From Octopus sinensis (Eukaryota): a stretch of DNA of 57,655 nucleotides. Positions 1 through 14,270 of this stretch are shown here, piece after piece; positions within the stretch are counted from its first letter, which is position 1; the number at the start of each line of letters is the position of its first letter. The stretch is from NCBI RefSeq assembly GCF_006345805.1, contig NW_021833604.1, positions 1-57,655 on the forward strand, given 5' to 3'. The notes beneath the pieces are model-generated. The model made no database searches, was not told the DNA's origin, and saw only the letters and a program-made list of their open reading frames with translations. Made by a program: the position numbers and the translations under genes.

Positions 1-264
1 AAAATACGGACTAACATACATAAAGAGGTAAAATCTAATATCCTTTTCTATTGAATGCTTGGTATCAATACATTTTCTAATGTCTGCTAATGTTGTTTCT
101 ACCGAGAATATTAATGTTTTCTCTGTGTATACATATGTACGTGTGTATATTTGAGTGTATGTGACCGTACTCTTTGTTTTCTTTTTTTGTTTTTTGTGTA
201 TGTTGTCTTTTCTTTTCATATACGTATTATAGTTTGCAAATGTACTGTGTTGTAGGTAAGCGCA

Positions 265-576
265 TATATACATATATATGTATGTATGTATGTATATATA
301 TTATATATTATATATATATATATATATTATATATATGTATATGTATATATATATGTGTACATATGTTCTATAATATATATATATACATATGTATATATAT
401 GCATTCATATATATACATTGTATATATATACACATATTATATATACATATGTATATGCATACATATGCGTGCTTGCGTATATAAATATATAATCTATAAA
501 TATAAGTACATATTTATGTTAGTATAGAGGCATTTATATTTATACATACATATATATATATGTATATTATATATAC

Positions 577-638
<62 letters not shown>

Positions 639-640
639 AT
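265..640. repeat. (AT)n-rich microsatellite block
   Basis: Imperfect (TA)n/(TACA)n runs; ORFs 174..527 and 286..492 are Y/I read-throughs. Confidence 0.95.
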
Positions 641-984
641 CATAATTACAAGATTACAAGAAGCTGATAGGGGTAATATATTTGTATGTGTGCGTGTGTA
701 TATATAAATGTGTGTGTGACTGTGTGTGTCTGCGCATGATCTTAATGTCTTATAAAAATTATTTTTGTAAATTAACAATATCAGTGGAAAATGTATTGCC
801 GTACGTAGAGGGCGCTCTTTAAATAATAAGTTCGCATCATTCCTACCCAGCATTTTACCTTGACACATGCAGAGTTAACAAAATAGGAACTAATTAAAAC
901 TGGCGTATTTGAAATTGACTAAATATAAAGCATTGTGTCTTAAGTTCCAATCGGAACGAAAAGTGAGGGCAAAGCGGGAAATAT

Positions 985-1115
<131 letters not shown>

Positions 1116-1480
1116 GACTCAGTGAATTTGTAAAAAAAAAAAAAAACGGAGGTTTTCTACAGTTTACTGCATGGTTAGAGTGAAAGGACTTTTGTCTAAA
1201 CATGCACCTGTAGATTAGAGAACAAGAGTTGGACGAGGTCACGTACTTTTGGTGGATGGGATAATCCTGGTTCTGTGGAGTTCCTTGGTTGGCTCTAATT
1301 GGAGCATCTCCTGTATCAGGGAATTGCCTCATTCATGTTTGCATATGCTTCATATACTAGACATCCTTTTTCGCATTTCACTGCTGTTTTGCATTTATTT
1401 CTCCTCATCTTTTATGCAAATATAAACCTCGTCTATGTCCCTGTGACAAACAAAGAAAATCATTATTATTACTATTACTC

Positions 1481-1872
1481 TTACTCTTTACTCTTTTACT
1501 TGCTTCAGTCATTTGACTGTGGCCATGCTGGAGCACTGGCTTTAGTCGAGCAAATCGACCCCAGGACTTATTCTTTGTAAGCCTAGTACTTATTCTATCG
1601 GCTCTTTTGCCGAACCGCTAAGTTACGGGGATGTAAACACACCAGCATCGGTTCTCAAGCGATGTTGGGGGGACAAACACAGATACACAAACATATACAC
1701 ACACATATATATATATATATACATATATACGACGGGTTTCTTTCAGTTTCCGTCTACTAAATCCACTCATGAGGCTATAGTAGAAGACTCTTGCCCAAGG
1801 TGCCACGCAGTGGGACTGAACTCGGAACCATGTGGTTGGTAAGCAAGCTACTTACCACATAGCCACTCCTGA
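1481..1872 (-). mobile_element. tRNA-derived SINE family A, full length
   Basis: Reverse complement of GGAGTGGCTGTGTGGTAAG...GGTTCAGTCCCACTGCGTGGCACCTTGGGCAAG...internal (AT/GT)n...CAGCATGGCCGCAGTCAAATGACTGAAACAAGTAAAAGAG. Box A/B-like head; the same element recurs more than 12 times in the window. Octopus SINE families (OK/OR1/OR2) are described, but I cannot assign which this is. Confidence 0.88.
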
Positions 1873-1934
1873 GCTTATTAGATAAAGCTCTCAGCTTATT
1901 TTGCTGGGTATGATAGAAATCGACAGTTGTCCTC

Positions 1935-2490
1935 AGCCAGAATACTAAGACGAGCACTTAGTTCAAGGCTCTTGCAGTTCCAAGCGATGATGACTTTTGT
2001 AGTTGTTCTATCTTTACATTTGTGAAGGCGCGTGGCTTAGTGGTTAGGGCATTCGGTTCGCGATTGTAAGGTCGTGAGTTCGATCTCCGGCGACGCGTTG
2101 AGTCCTTGAGCAAGACACTTGATTTCACGTTGCTCCAGTCCACTCAGCTGGTAAAAGTGAGTTGTACCTGTATTTCAAAGGGCCGGCCTTGTCACACTTT
2201 GTGTCACGCTGAATCTCCCTGATAACTACGTTATGGGTACGCGTGTCTGTGGATTGCTCAGTCACTTGCACGTTAATTTCATGAGCAGGCTGTTCCGTTG
2301 ATCGTATCAACTGGGACCCTCGTCGTCGTAATCGACGGAGTGCTCCTAATCTTTACATTTGTACCAATCATTTGAGTCACAATAGTAGCTGATTGCTCAG
2401 TTTTAGTTTAGAGAATGCCTGCCGTCTCATCCAGTGATGATTTTTGTCGTTGTTCAATCTTTGCATTTGTGCCAATCTTTCTGAGCCATG
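1935..2490 (-). mobile_element. Highly decayed R4/Dong-like LINE C-terminal remnant (internally duplicated, split by a SINE)
   Basis: Minus translation IGTNAKIEQRQKSSL...IGTNVKIEQLQKSSSLGTARALN resembles the terminal QK.ALLGTA.IL motif of the LINE at 56020-56100. Confidence 0.45.
2024..2348 (+). mobile_element. tRNA-derived SINE family B, full length, with 14-bp target site duplication
   Basis: Head GGCGCGTGGCTTAGTGGTTAG...GTGAGTTCGATCTCC, body TCCTTGAGCAAGACAC; ATCTTTACATTTGT at 2010-2023 and 2349-2362. Confidence 0.9.
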
Positions 2491-2994
2491 AGAAGTATTA
2501 ATAACTTTAATATTGATAATGCTAACAATATTAATAGCTTTAACAATATTCGCAACATCATAACGCTAGCAACACCAGGAGCAGTATAACAATGTTAAGA
2601 AGACTAACATTATAAACACAAACAACAAAACCGAAAGGGAAATTAGTAGTTTTGCAAACGTTTTCCAATAGTGACATCGTTAACAACATTGATAACATTA
2701 GCAGCATTAGCAACACTGGCATGGCAACAAAACCGACATCAAAAGCAGTGACAACATTAACAAAATTAACTGAGTTAGCAATTGTAAGAACATCAACAGC
2801 TGTAATAGCGCCATTAGCAACACCAGCAACACGTACGACATTCGCAACATTCGCAACGTTAGCTGCGCTGATGACACAAATAGTAATAACACTAAAAAGA
2901 CAAAAGAAATTAGCAAAACTCTCGACATAAACAATACTAACAACACTTAACAACGCTAAGAATATTTAACGACTCTAACAACGTCGCAATATCG

Positions 2995-3420
2995 ATTTCA
3001 AATTTTGGCACAAGGCCAGCAAGTTTGGGCGGGTTAGGGGTTCATATCGCTTGCATCAACTCTATTGCTCAGCTGGTACTTATTTTATCGATCCCGAAAG
3101 GTTGAAATGCAAAGTCGACCACGCTGGATGAAATGCTAAGCTGTATTTCGCCTGTCGCTACGTTAAGAGTTCAAATTTCGCCGCGGACGACTTACCCGTC
3201 TCCCTTAAAACTGCTGGCCTTGTGCCAAAATTTGGAACTAATATTAACTGCACTAACAACATCAGCAATATTAAAGATAACAGCAACGTTTACGACTCTC
3301 ATAATATTCATTTAATAGCGTTAATAATTATTTCTACTTTAAGCTCAAGGCCTTGAAAATTTTATAGGGAAAGGGCTGGTCGATTACATCAACGCCAGTG
3401 CGTAACTGATACTTATTTCG
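2995..3420. mobile_element. SINE family C fragments (both orientations)
   Basis: GGTACTTATTTTATCGATCCCGAAAGG..AAAGTCGACC (minus) and GAGTTCAAATTTCGCCG (plus) segments match other family C copies. Confidence 0.7.
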
Positions 3421-3455
3421 ACCGCTTGGGAAAACTAGGTGCTGTCACACATAGA

Positions 3456-3866
3456 CGCAGGAGTGGCTGTGTGGTAAGTAGCTTGTTTACCAACCACATG
3501 GTACTTGGTTCAGTCCCACTGCGTGGCACCTTGAACAAGTGTCTTCTACTATAGCCTCAAGCCGACCAAATCCTTGTGAGTGGATTTGGTAGACGGAAAC
3601 TGAAAGAAACCCGTCGTATATATGTATGTATGTATGAATGTGTGTGTATATGTTTGTATATCTGTGTTTGTCCCTCCCCCCAACATTGCTTGAAAACCGA
3701 TGTTTGTGTGTTTACGTCCCAGTAACTTAGCGGTTCGGCAAAAGATACCGATAAAATAAGTACTAGGCTTCCAAAGAATAAGTCCTGGGGTCGATTTGCT
3801 CGACTAACAAAAAAGGCTGTACTCCAGCATGGCCGCAGTCAAATGACTGAAACAAGTAAAAATAAA
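3456..3866 (+). mobile_element. SINE family A, full length
   Basis: GCAGGAGTGGCTGTGTGGTAAG head to TGACTGAAACAAGTAAAA tail. Confidence 0.9.
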
Positions 3867-3879
3867 GGAGAGCCCCGCC

Positions 3880-4170
3880 CCGAAAAGACGAAATCGACCT
3901 CGGTGGAATTTGAACTGAGAATGCAGTTGCAGACGTAATACCCATATTTTTACTACCCACAAGGGGCTAAACACAGAGTGGACAAACAAGGACAGACAAA
4001 CGGATCAAGTCGATTATATCGACCCAAGTGCGTAACTGGTACTTATTTAATCGACCTCGAAAGGATAAGTAGACCTCGGCGGAATTTGAACTCAGAACGT
4101 AATGACAGACGAAATACCGCCAAACATTTTGCCCGGCGTGCTAACGATTCCGCCAGCTCTCCGCCTTCTT
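3880..4170 (-). mobile_element. SINE family C, head plus tandem partial second unit
   Basis: Minus head GGCGGAGAGCTGGCGGAATCGTTAGCACGCCGGG...GAGTTCAAATTCCGCCGAGG; tail CCCCTTGTGGGTAGTAAAA joined to a second unit. Confidence 0.85.
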
Positions 4171-4699
4171 AACAATGCTAATAAAATCCAATAATATCCT
4201 CAGCATTGATAACAATGCCAAGACTAACATCATACACAGCATTAACAACACCCACAATGCAATAAAAGTTTCTTTTAAGTAAAACCTAAAATTCCTTTGA
4301 TATCGTCATTTCCGACACAATTAATTTGGTCTGAAGTGAAATGATAAAAATCTATGATTTCTAAGAATTGTTTGATGAAAGCCCACTGAACTTGACAATA
4401 AGCAGGCATAGAGAAAATACCGATATTTTATAAATAATAATGGAAAATACATACATATGTGTCAGTGTGTGTGTATATGTTTGTGTAGACATATATATAT
4501 ATATATATATATTTAGAAAAAAATAATCAGAAAATTATTTATAAATATCTGAATTGAAATTGGGGGAAAAAAAGCAGAGAAAGACAACAGGAGATTGAAT
4601 TTATACAGACATACATACATGCAGACATATATATATACATATTTATATATATACATACATATATATGTATAGAGAGAGAGAGAGAGGGAGAAACATATA

Positions 4700-4742
<43 letters not shown>

Positions 4743-5180
4743 GATATATATAGATATAGATATATCCATACATATATATATATTTATATGCATGTTGTCT
4801 GTGCTTTGAGGATCTTTTTTATATTTGAATTTCTAGAGTTTTTCTAATTTGTGTCTTTCATTTTAGTCAAGATGTATGTTTATTGCGTTTCAAAAGAAGA
4901 CGATAAGTAGAAGTCACGTGTTTCAGTTGTTGTTGTTGTTGTTGTTGTTATTGTTTCGTTTTGAATTTCTTTTACGCGAAAACTTATAAGAAAGTAAGAG
5001 CCACAGACTTAAGTACATGACCTTGTTTTGATCTATATTTTCAATGCTACTATTTGTACTTTTATGTGAGGGGGAAAAATCTTGAAAATTTTTAACTTTC
5101 CGTCATGATTATTATGAACAACTGCAAATCGACTGTAATTCATGGCTGAGAGAATGTATGATATTGCCAAACCCGCAGGG

Positions 5181-5342
5181 GTGACTGCGTGATAAGTAGC
5201 TTGTTTACCAACCACGTAGTCCTGGGTTCAGCCCCACTGCGTGGCACGTTGGGCAAGTGTCTTCTACTATAGCCTCGAGCCGACCAAAGCCTTGTAAGTG
5301 GATTTGGTAGACGGAAATTGGAAGAGGCCCGCCGTATATGTA

Positions 5343-5373
<31 letters not shown>

Positions 5374-5610
5374 GTATGTGTGTGTGTCTATGTGTGTGTG
5401 TGTATGTTTGTGTGTCTTTGTTTGTCCCCCCAACATCGCTTGACAACCGATGGTGGAGTGTTTACGTCCCTGTAACTTAGCGGTTCTGCGAAAGAGCCCG
5501 ATAGAATATGTGCTAGGCTTACAAAGAATATGCTCTGGGGTCGATTTGGCCGACTAAAGGTGGTGGTCCAGCATGGGCGCAATCAAATGACTGAAACAAG
5601 TAAAAGAATA
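5181..5610 (+). mobile_element. SINE family A
   Basis: Colinear with the copy at 3456-3866, with an internal (GT)n. Confidence 0.88.
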
Positions 5611-6027
5611 TATCTATCTCTCTGTATATATATATTAAATTCAAATTACGATGAACGTAAACAAACAAACGAAGTTTGCTTTAGAAGCGTTGAGATGTCT
5701 TAGAAAGTTAAAGAAGTGATTTTAAATTCTCAAACGCAGGATAATGCTAATAATATAGCCTGAACAGGATAAGCTACCCCTATTTTGCAGAAAAAAATAT
5801 TGGCGGCCTGGGAAGTGTATTGTGCTCTTGAGCAAGACATTTCATTTCTCGTTGCTTCGGTCCACTCGGCTGTAAAATGAGTTCCACCAATAGTTTGCGA
5901 AGTTATCTTTTGCGTGGGACCAGAGAGAGTTATAATCTCAGCTACTTTCATGCCATAAGATCCCTGTTGAACTCTAGCACTCGGACTCAAGACAAATCTA
6001 AATACATCTAATGTGTACATGTGTATA

Positions 6028-6830
6028 AAAGGCACATGGCTTAGTGGTATTCGGCTCTCAATCGTAAGGCCATGAGTTCAATTCCCGGCAATGCGTTGTC
6101 CTTCAGCAAGACACTTTATTTCACGTTGCTCCAACCCTCTCAGCTGGCAAAAATGAGTAGTAACCGTTTTTCAAAGGGCCAGCCTTGTCACACTCCCTGT
6201 GACGCTGAATCTCCTTGATAACTATGTTACGATTACGCCTGGCTGTGGAGTTCTCAGCCACTTACACATTAATTTCATGAGGAAGTCGTTCCGTCTATCG
6301 AATCAACTAGAATCCTCAACGGATTGCCGGTATATGTGTATATGCATGTGCGCGCATGCATGCGCATATTAAACAAGATATTAAACGAGATGAAAATCTG
6401 GATGCGTTGCCAAATGTTTCGTTGTAAAATAAAGTATATTTATTTCAACACAGATGCCGTTTATCTGATAATAAACCATATACAGGGCGCGGTAGAAGTA
6501 GCGGCTTTTTTGCATTTAATAACTTTTATAGTTAGGGAGATGAGCAGAAACACCTAAAGCTCCATGAGGCTCCAGCGGGGACTGATGGCGAATCCTGCAG
6601 TACTCTTTCACCACGTTTTTCTCTCACTCTTTCTGTTGTACCTGTATTTCAAAGGGCTAGCCTTGACACACTCTGTGTCACGCTGAATCTCCCCGAGAAC
6701 TACGTTAAGGGTACACGTGTCTGTGGAGTGCTCAGCCACTTGCATGTTAATTTCACGAGCAGGCTGTTCCGTTGATCGGATCAACTGGAACCCTCGTCGT
6801 CGTCGCAACCGACGGAGTGCCGTATTACGG
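6028..6830 (+). mobile_element. Two SINE family B copies (6028-6325 near full length; 6530-6830 3' part)
   Basis: GGCACATGGCTTAGTGG head; shared body TTTCAAAGGGCCAGCCTTGTCACAC...GCTGAATCTCC...GTTAATTTCACGAG. Confidence 0.85.
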
Positions 6831-6859
6831 CTCAGTATGACGTCTGCTGTTCTGATATA

Positions 6860-7525
6860 CACTTTTACTCTTTTACTTGTTTCAGTCATTTGGCTGCGGT
6901 CATGCTGGAGCACCGCCTTTAATCTAACAAACCGACACCAGGATTTTTTTCTTTGGAAGCCTAGCACTTATTCTATCGACTCATTTGCCAAACCGCTAAT
7001 TTACGGGAACGTAAACACACCAACACCGGTTGTTAAGGGATGGCGTGGTGGACAAACCCAGTACATGCGTGGCACTTTATTTCATCTTTCCCTATCTACC
7101 CTTTTTACTCTTTTACTTGTTTCAGTCATTTGACTGCGGCCATGCTGGAGTACCGCCTTTTTTTTAGTCGAGCAAATGGACCCCAGGACTTATTCTTTGT
7201 AAGCCTAGTACTTATTCAATCGGTCTCTTTTGCCGAACCGCTAAGTTACGGGGACGTAAACACACCAGCATCGATGTTAAGCGATGTTGGGCGGAAAAAC
7301 ACAGACACACAAATGTATACACACACATGCATATATATATATATATATATATACATATATACGACGGGCTTCTTTCAGTTTCCGTTTACCAAATCCACTC
7401 ACAAGGCTTTGGTCGGCCCGAGGCTATAGTAGAAGACACTTGCCCAAGGTGCCATGCAGTGGGACTGAACCCGGAACCATGTGGTTGGTTCGTAAGCAAG
7501 CTACTTACCACACAGCCACTCCTGT
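6860..7525 (-). mobile_element. SINE family A: 3' fragment (6860-7065) plus full copy (7100-7525)
   Basis: Two TTTTACTCTTTTACTTGTTTCAGTCATTT starts; the second ends CACAGCCACTCCTG. Confidence 0.88.
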
Positions 7526-7767
7526 GCCTATGGTCTATTTACTAAATTATCTAAATAACTTTATACCAAACAAATCTATTAAATGCAAAAATCTATTAAA
7601 CTTATTGATGAACACTTACGTAGGAATCATGCTATCGTTTATCTGTTACTTGGTTCACTCATTAGACTGCGGCCATGCTTGAGCACTGCTTTGAAGAATT
7701 TTTGGTCGAATGAATCGATCCCAGTAATTAATTTTGGAAAACCTGTTAGTTATTCTATCGTTCTCCT

Positions 7768-8883
7768 TTGATGGTGGTGGTGGTGGTGGTGGTGGTGTGG
7801 TGGTGGTTCTGCTGCTGCTGGTGATGGTGATGGTGATGGTGTTGGTGATGGTGGTGGAGGTGGTCGTGGTGGTAGTGATGATGATAGTGGTGGTGGTGGT
7901 GGTGGGGATGATGATGGTGATGGTGCTGCTACTTCTGCTGCTGCTGCTGATGGTGGTGGTGATGGTGATGGCGGTTGTGGTGATGGTGGTTGTGGTGCTT
8001 GAGGTAGTGGTGATGATATTGGTGGTGGTGATGGTGGTGGTGGTGATGATGGTGGTGGTGGTGGTGATGCTGCTGCTGCTGCAGGTGATGGTGGTGGTGG
8101 TGATGGTGATGGTGGTGGTGGTGGTGGTGGTGGTGGTGGTGGTGGTTGTGGTGCTTGAGGTGGTCGTGGTGACGATATTGGTGGTAGTGATGGTGGTGAT
8201 GATGGTGGTGGTGGTAGTGGTGGTGATGGTGATGATGATGGTGCTGGTGGTGGTGATGGTGATGGTGGTGGTTGCTGACGGTGGTGGTAGTGATGGTGGT
8301 GGTGATGATGGTGGTGGTGGTGGTGGTGGTGGTAGTAGTGGTGATGGTGGCTGTGACACTTGAGGTGGTGATCGTGATGATCGTTGTGATCGTGGTGATG
8401 TTGGTGGTGGGGGTGATGGTTGCAGTTGTGATGGTTGAGGCGGTGGTGGCGGTGATGAGGCTACGATGATGTTGATGTCGCTCTTGCTGTTAAGAAAGAC
8501 GTTCATGCTCTTGCCATTGTCGATTATGGTGATGACGATACTATTGTTACCGTTTTCCATATCATTGTAGTTAGTGTTGATGTTGTTGTTGCTGAAAGCG
8601 ATGGTTTCGTTTCTGATAATGTTGCTCATCAGGGGTGGGGGTTTTGGGGGGGTCTTTTTGTAGTTTTTCCATCACAATATTTGTCTTTGTTTTTTTTATC
8701 TTGTTTTGTTTTGTTTGTTGCTGATAATGTTGTTGTTCTTGTTAGTAATAGTAGTTCTTACGCATTATGCTAATAATGTTCTTATTCTTGTTGATGAGGA
8801 TGGTTATGATGACGATGGTTATGTTGATCATAATGATGATGATGATAACGATGGTGATGATGATATGATGACGATGGTGACGG

Positions 8884-8944
<61 letters not shown>

Positions 8945-8975
8945 GATGATGATGACGATGATGATGATTATGATG

Positions 8976-9007
<32 letters not shown>

Positions 9008-9116
9008 GGTGTTAATGATGATGATTATTATTATGATGATGATGATGATGATTATGATGATGATGATGATGATGATGGTGATGATGACGATGATGATGAT
9101 TATGATGATGATGATT

Positions 9117-9154
<38 letters not shown>

Positions 9155-9652
9155 AATGACGACGACGACGACGATGATGCTAATGATGATGATGATGATG
9201 GTGATGACGATAATGATTATGATGAGGATGAGGATGACGACGACGACTATGATGATGATGATGACGATGATGATTATGATTATGATGGTGAGGTAATGAA
9301 GACGACGACGACGACGACGATGTTAATGATGACGATGACGATGATGATGGTGATGATGACCATGATGATAGCGATGATGATGGTGACGACGACGACGATG
9401 ATGATGATGATGAAGAAGAGGAGGATATCGATGCTTGCTACGGTTGTTGCTGTTGTTGTTACCATTAATGTTGTTGCTGTTGATGCTTTTGTTTACGATA
9501 ATACAGTTCTTGGCGTTTGTTGTTCATATTGTTGCTGAAACAGTTAATAGTGTTGTTGTTGTTGTTGTTGTTGTGACGCTGGTTTTCCGGTTATTTTGAT
9601 GTTTGCTGTTTTGCAGCTTCCTGTTTCAGTACTTGCTCTTTTGTTTTTATTG

Positions 9653-9683
<31 letters not shown>

Positions 9684-9860
9684 AATCATCATCATCATCA
9701 TCATCATGAGTATTGTTATTATTGTTATAATCAATACTATTTTTTATTATCACCATAATAGTTACTATAATCATTTTCATTGTTATTATTATTATTTTAT
9801 TATTATTACTATCATTATTGATGTTGTTATTTGCTGTCGTTATTATTATTATTATTATTA
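7768..9860. repeat. Compound (GGT)n/(GAT)n/(ATT)n trinucleotide low-complexity tract
   Basis: Trinucleotide runs keep several frames open on both strands. Confidence 0.93.
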
Positions 9861-9862
9861 TT

Positions 9863-10414
9863 GAGTGAGAGATCAGTTCATGCCATCAAAGTGACACTGG
9901 GGTAAAATATACGAAACCCAATATACCCACCATGACTACCCGTCTGATAAAGGTACACCAGGCACATGCATCACAACCATATGTGCGCGACATGGTGATC
10001 TCATATCAAGATAAACAGCACATGACCTTGCAGGTGGGGCCCAGTTAGAATTTTCTTCAGGTTGAGTAGCCATCCCGCTCAAACGGTCCCTGAATAAGGG
10101 TTGTTTAAGGATGTTGAAAGAACCACCATGTTTCCAGAGGTGAACTATTCAAACCCCAAAGAATCCCTCTCAACACATGGCTATGATGCTCCCCCACTAC
10201 TTCTGCTCGTGATCAGAGATGCACATATCGTCAGCCACTAAGGGACATGCTCAACTGGTTAAGGTCAAACAACTGACAAGCAAATCTGTGGTATTGAGCA
10301 GAATATTTGCTGTAGCCCATCTTTTATACCAAGACAAAACAATGTACATGATAACACTTCCAATCAGTTAAGATCAGAAGCCATGAGAGCCTCTGCCTGG
10401 TACTACATCAGGGC

Positions 10415-10416
<2 letters not shown>
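9863..10416 (-). mobile_element. ~550-bp non-coding interspersed repeat inside (TAA)n, probable non-autonomous retroelement
   Basis: Second copy in the opposite orientation at 23711-24186; both copies have TAA arrays on both sides; no ORF and no tRNA head seen. Confidence 0.75.
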
Positions 10417-10453
<37 letters not shown>

Positions 10454-10632
10454 TATTATTATTATTATTATTATGTTATTATATTATTATTATTATTATT
10501 ATTACTATTACTATTATTATTATATTATATTATTATATTATTATTATTACTACTATTACTATTATTATTATTATCTTATTATTATTATTATTATTATATT
10601 ATTATTACTATTATTATTTTATTATTATTATA

Positions 10633-10673
<41 letters not shown>

Positions 10674-10678
10674 GATTA

Positions 10679-10714
<36 letters not shown>

Positions 10715-10955
10715 TATTATTATTATTATTATTATTATGTTATTGTTATTATAATTATCAATATTATTATTATTATCATTATTATCGTTGTTGTTATTGT
10801 TATTATTACTATGGTTATCATTGTTGTTGGTGTTTTTCTTCGTCTTCTGTGATTTATATGTATATATATGTATATATATATGTATATATATATATATGTA
10901 TGTATGTATATATACGCATATATTTATGCACACGCGCGCACACACACACACAAAC

Positions 10956-11004
<49 letters not shown>

Positions 11005-12142
11005 TACACATATATATACACATATATATACATATATATACACATATATATACACATATATATATACATGTTTGTGTGTGTGTGTGTCTCAGTGCTTCAT
11101 GATCTCATTGTCTGAAGTATTAATTGATGGTACTCTACTATATATACATATATATATATGTGTGTATATATGTGTGTATAAGTGTGTGTGTGTGTGTGTT
11201 CTGTTTATTATAATTTTTTTTTTACAATCACGTTTGTTAATTTTTATTAAACATCATTCTTGTTTTATCATATTTCTTTATATGTGTTTATATATGTGTG
11301 TGTTTTATTGTTTGTTTTTCTTCCTTTTTGCTTTTAACGATGCGCTATTGTTTCCAATTTAAATTTTTATTAATTTATTTTTGTATATTTGCGAAGGGGT
11401 GGCATGGGTAGAGCGACGGTGTGGCGGCGTAGCGAGGGTGTTGTTTGATAATTCTGCTGTCTTTGATGTTGTTATTGAAATAATTTTTGAATTTGTTTCG
11501 TCATCACTATTTGTCTAAGAGATTGCAAATTCATGGCGTTGTTTACGAAAGGATGCTGTTGTTGTTATTGGTGATGATGATGATGATGATGATGATGACG
11601 ATGATGATGTTAATGGTGGTGGTGAGAGTGGCGAGTGTGTTGGTAGTGGTGGTACTGGTGTTGATGATGCCACAATGATGGTGTTGGAGATGATGATGAT
11701 GATGGTGGTGGTATGGTGTTGTTGGTGGTAGTGGTGGTAGTGATGGTGGGGGTGCTGTTGATTATGGTGATGACAATAATGATTGTAGTGTGATGATAAT
11801 GGCGGCGATAGGATGCTGGTAGCGGTGGTAATGAAGGTAATGGTAGTAAATATGACGATGATGATGGTGGGGTGGTGGTGGTGGTAGTGCTGCTGCTGGT
11901 GATGGTGGCGGTGGTGTTAGCGGTTGTGGTCATGATGGAGGTGAATGTGATAGTGGTGGCAGGGATAACTGTGGTATTGGTGGTGGTGGTGGTCATCGTC
12001 GTCGTTGTTGTCGTCGTGTGGTGGTGTCGGCGGTAGTGGTGGGTGGGGGCATGCGGAGAAGTAGGATGCTCAGCATCATGACGATCATGATTATGATGAT
12101 GATGCCGACGACTATGATGATGATCATGATGCTGAAAATGAC

Positions 12143-12175
<33 letters not shown>

Positions 12176-12271
12176 GGTGGTGTTGGTAGAAGTGGTTTGC
12201 GATGGTGACGATAGTGATGATATTGCTGATGGTGTTATTGATGACGAAATGCCAGATCTGATGGTGATGAC

Positions 12272-12308
<37 letters not shown>

Positions 12309-12400
12309 GTCAGTAATGTGTTGTTTGTGTTACACTTGTTCTCACCATCATTATTATTATTGCCAAAATATGGTTTGTTTTTCTTCCTTCTCATTCCCCC

Positions 12401-12431
<31 letters not shown>

Positions 12432-12622
12432 CCTCACTCTCACTTTTGTCATCCACTCACCACAAACACACATTTTTTATTAATATCTCTTCTGTGTTTG
12501 CTATATCTCTTATTAATTGCTTCTGCCATTAAAATTGATCAGTCCTCAGAAAAATTCCATATATCTCTCAACACCGTTTAGAAAATTTTTCCAGTTTTTA
12601 AAATTAAAAAAAGAGATTAAAG

Positions 12623-12664
<42 letters not shown>

Positions 12665-12716
12665 TATAATAATGATGATGATGATGATGATGATGATAAA
12701 AATGATGATGATGATG

Positions 12717-12764
<48 letters not shown>

Positions 12765-12769
12765 TAATA

Positions 12770-12857
<88 letters not shown>

Positions 12858-12865
12858 TAATAATA

Positions 12866-12915
<50 letters not shown>

Positions 12916-12934
12916 AAAAATGATGATGATGATA

Positions 12935-12986
<52 letters not shown>

Positions 12987-13440
12987 TAAATAAGCAGATC
13001 AAATCAAATAGAAGGAAATGAAAATATGAAGTAACAAAACAAAATGTAATAAAACAATAAAAAAAGACAGAAGATTATGTTTAATAACGTTTTACTAATT
13101 TCGCTGCCATTTTGTCTCCAAAATGGATCTCTAATTAATGGGAATTGCGCCAAATATAGAAGTTAGGGAATTGGCACTAAATTGGTAAAAGTTGAAAACG
13201 ATGATGATGATCATGATGTTGATCATAATGATGATGATGAGGATGATGATGATGGGGTGGTGGTGGTGGTGGTGGTGGTGTTGTTGTTGTTGGTGGTGGT
13301 GGTGGTGGTGCTGGTGCTGGTGGTTATGGTGGTGGTGGTGAGGATGATGATGATGATGATGATGGTGATAATGATTTGTATATATATATATATATATATA
13401 TAGATATATAGATATATAGATAGATAGATAGATACATACA
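10417..13440. repeat. Series of (ATT)n, (AT)n, (GGT/GAT)n, (CT)n and (AAT/GAT)n microsatellites with short AT-rich spacers
   Basis: Direct inspection. Confidence 0.9.
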
Positions 13441-13616
13441 TACATACATACATATTACATAAGCGTGTGTACATGTGTATGTGTGTGCGTGTGATTGTGT
13501 GTGTGTGTGTGTTTATGCATGTACACATGTCTATGTGTACGTACCGACAAATTGTATGTATAGTGAGAGAGGCAATTTACACATACATACATGTATAATA
13601 TATATATATATTATAT

Positions 13617-13647
<31 letters not shown>

Positions 13648-13797
13648 CATATATATATATTATACACATACATACATGTACATATATATATATATATAGA
13701 GAGAGAGAGAGTCAGAGAGTTATATAGTTATAGATATAGATATACACACACAGACACGTGTACGCTCATACACACACATACACATACACACACGCAA

Positions 13798-13830
<33 letters not shown>

Positions 13831-13989
13831 ATACACACGTCTAGCTTATGTAAGTATACTGTGGAAATGGTTTCTTAAGATCGGGGATAATGGCATTAAG
13901 TGGTGGTTATCGAAACGCTATCACTCCAAAACAAACACAATAAGCGGCTTCCAGTATATAGGGGGCGCTCAGGTGATTATGCATATGTG

Positions 13990-14199
13990 TGTTAATTATT
14001 ACTATTACTTCTACGTTCTGAGTTCAAATGTCACCGGGGTCGACTTTCTCTTTCATTCTTTCGGAGTTGACAAATTAGGTACCAGTTACGCACTGCGGTC
14101 GATATAATCGACTCATCCCCTTCCCCAAAATTTCAGGCCTTGTGCCTCCAGTAGGAAGGATTATTATTATTATCATAATTATTATTATTGTTATTATCA

Positions 14200-14270
<71 letters not shown>

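Noticed and set aside
7655-8629. 324-aa Pro/Thr/Ser-rich mucin-like ORF
   Set aside because: Pure trinucleotide microsatellite; several frames are open on both strands; no signal peptide or domain.
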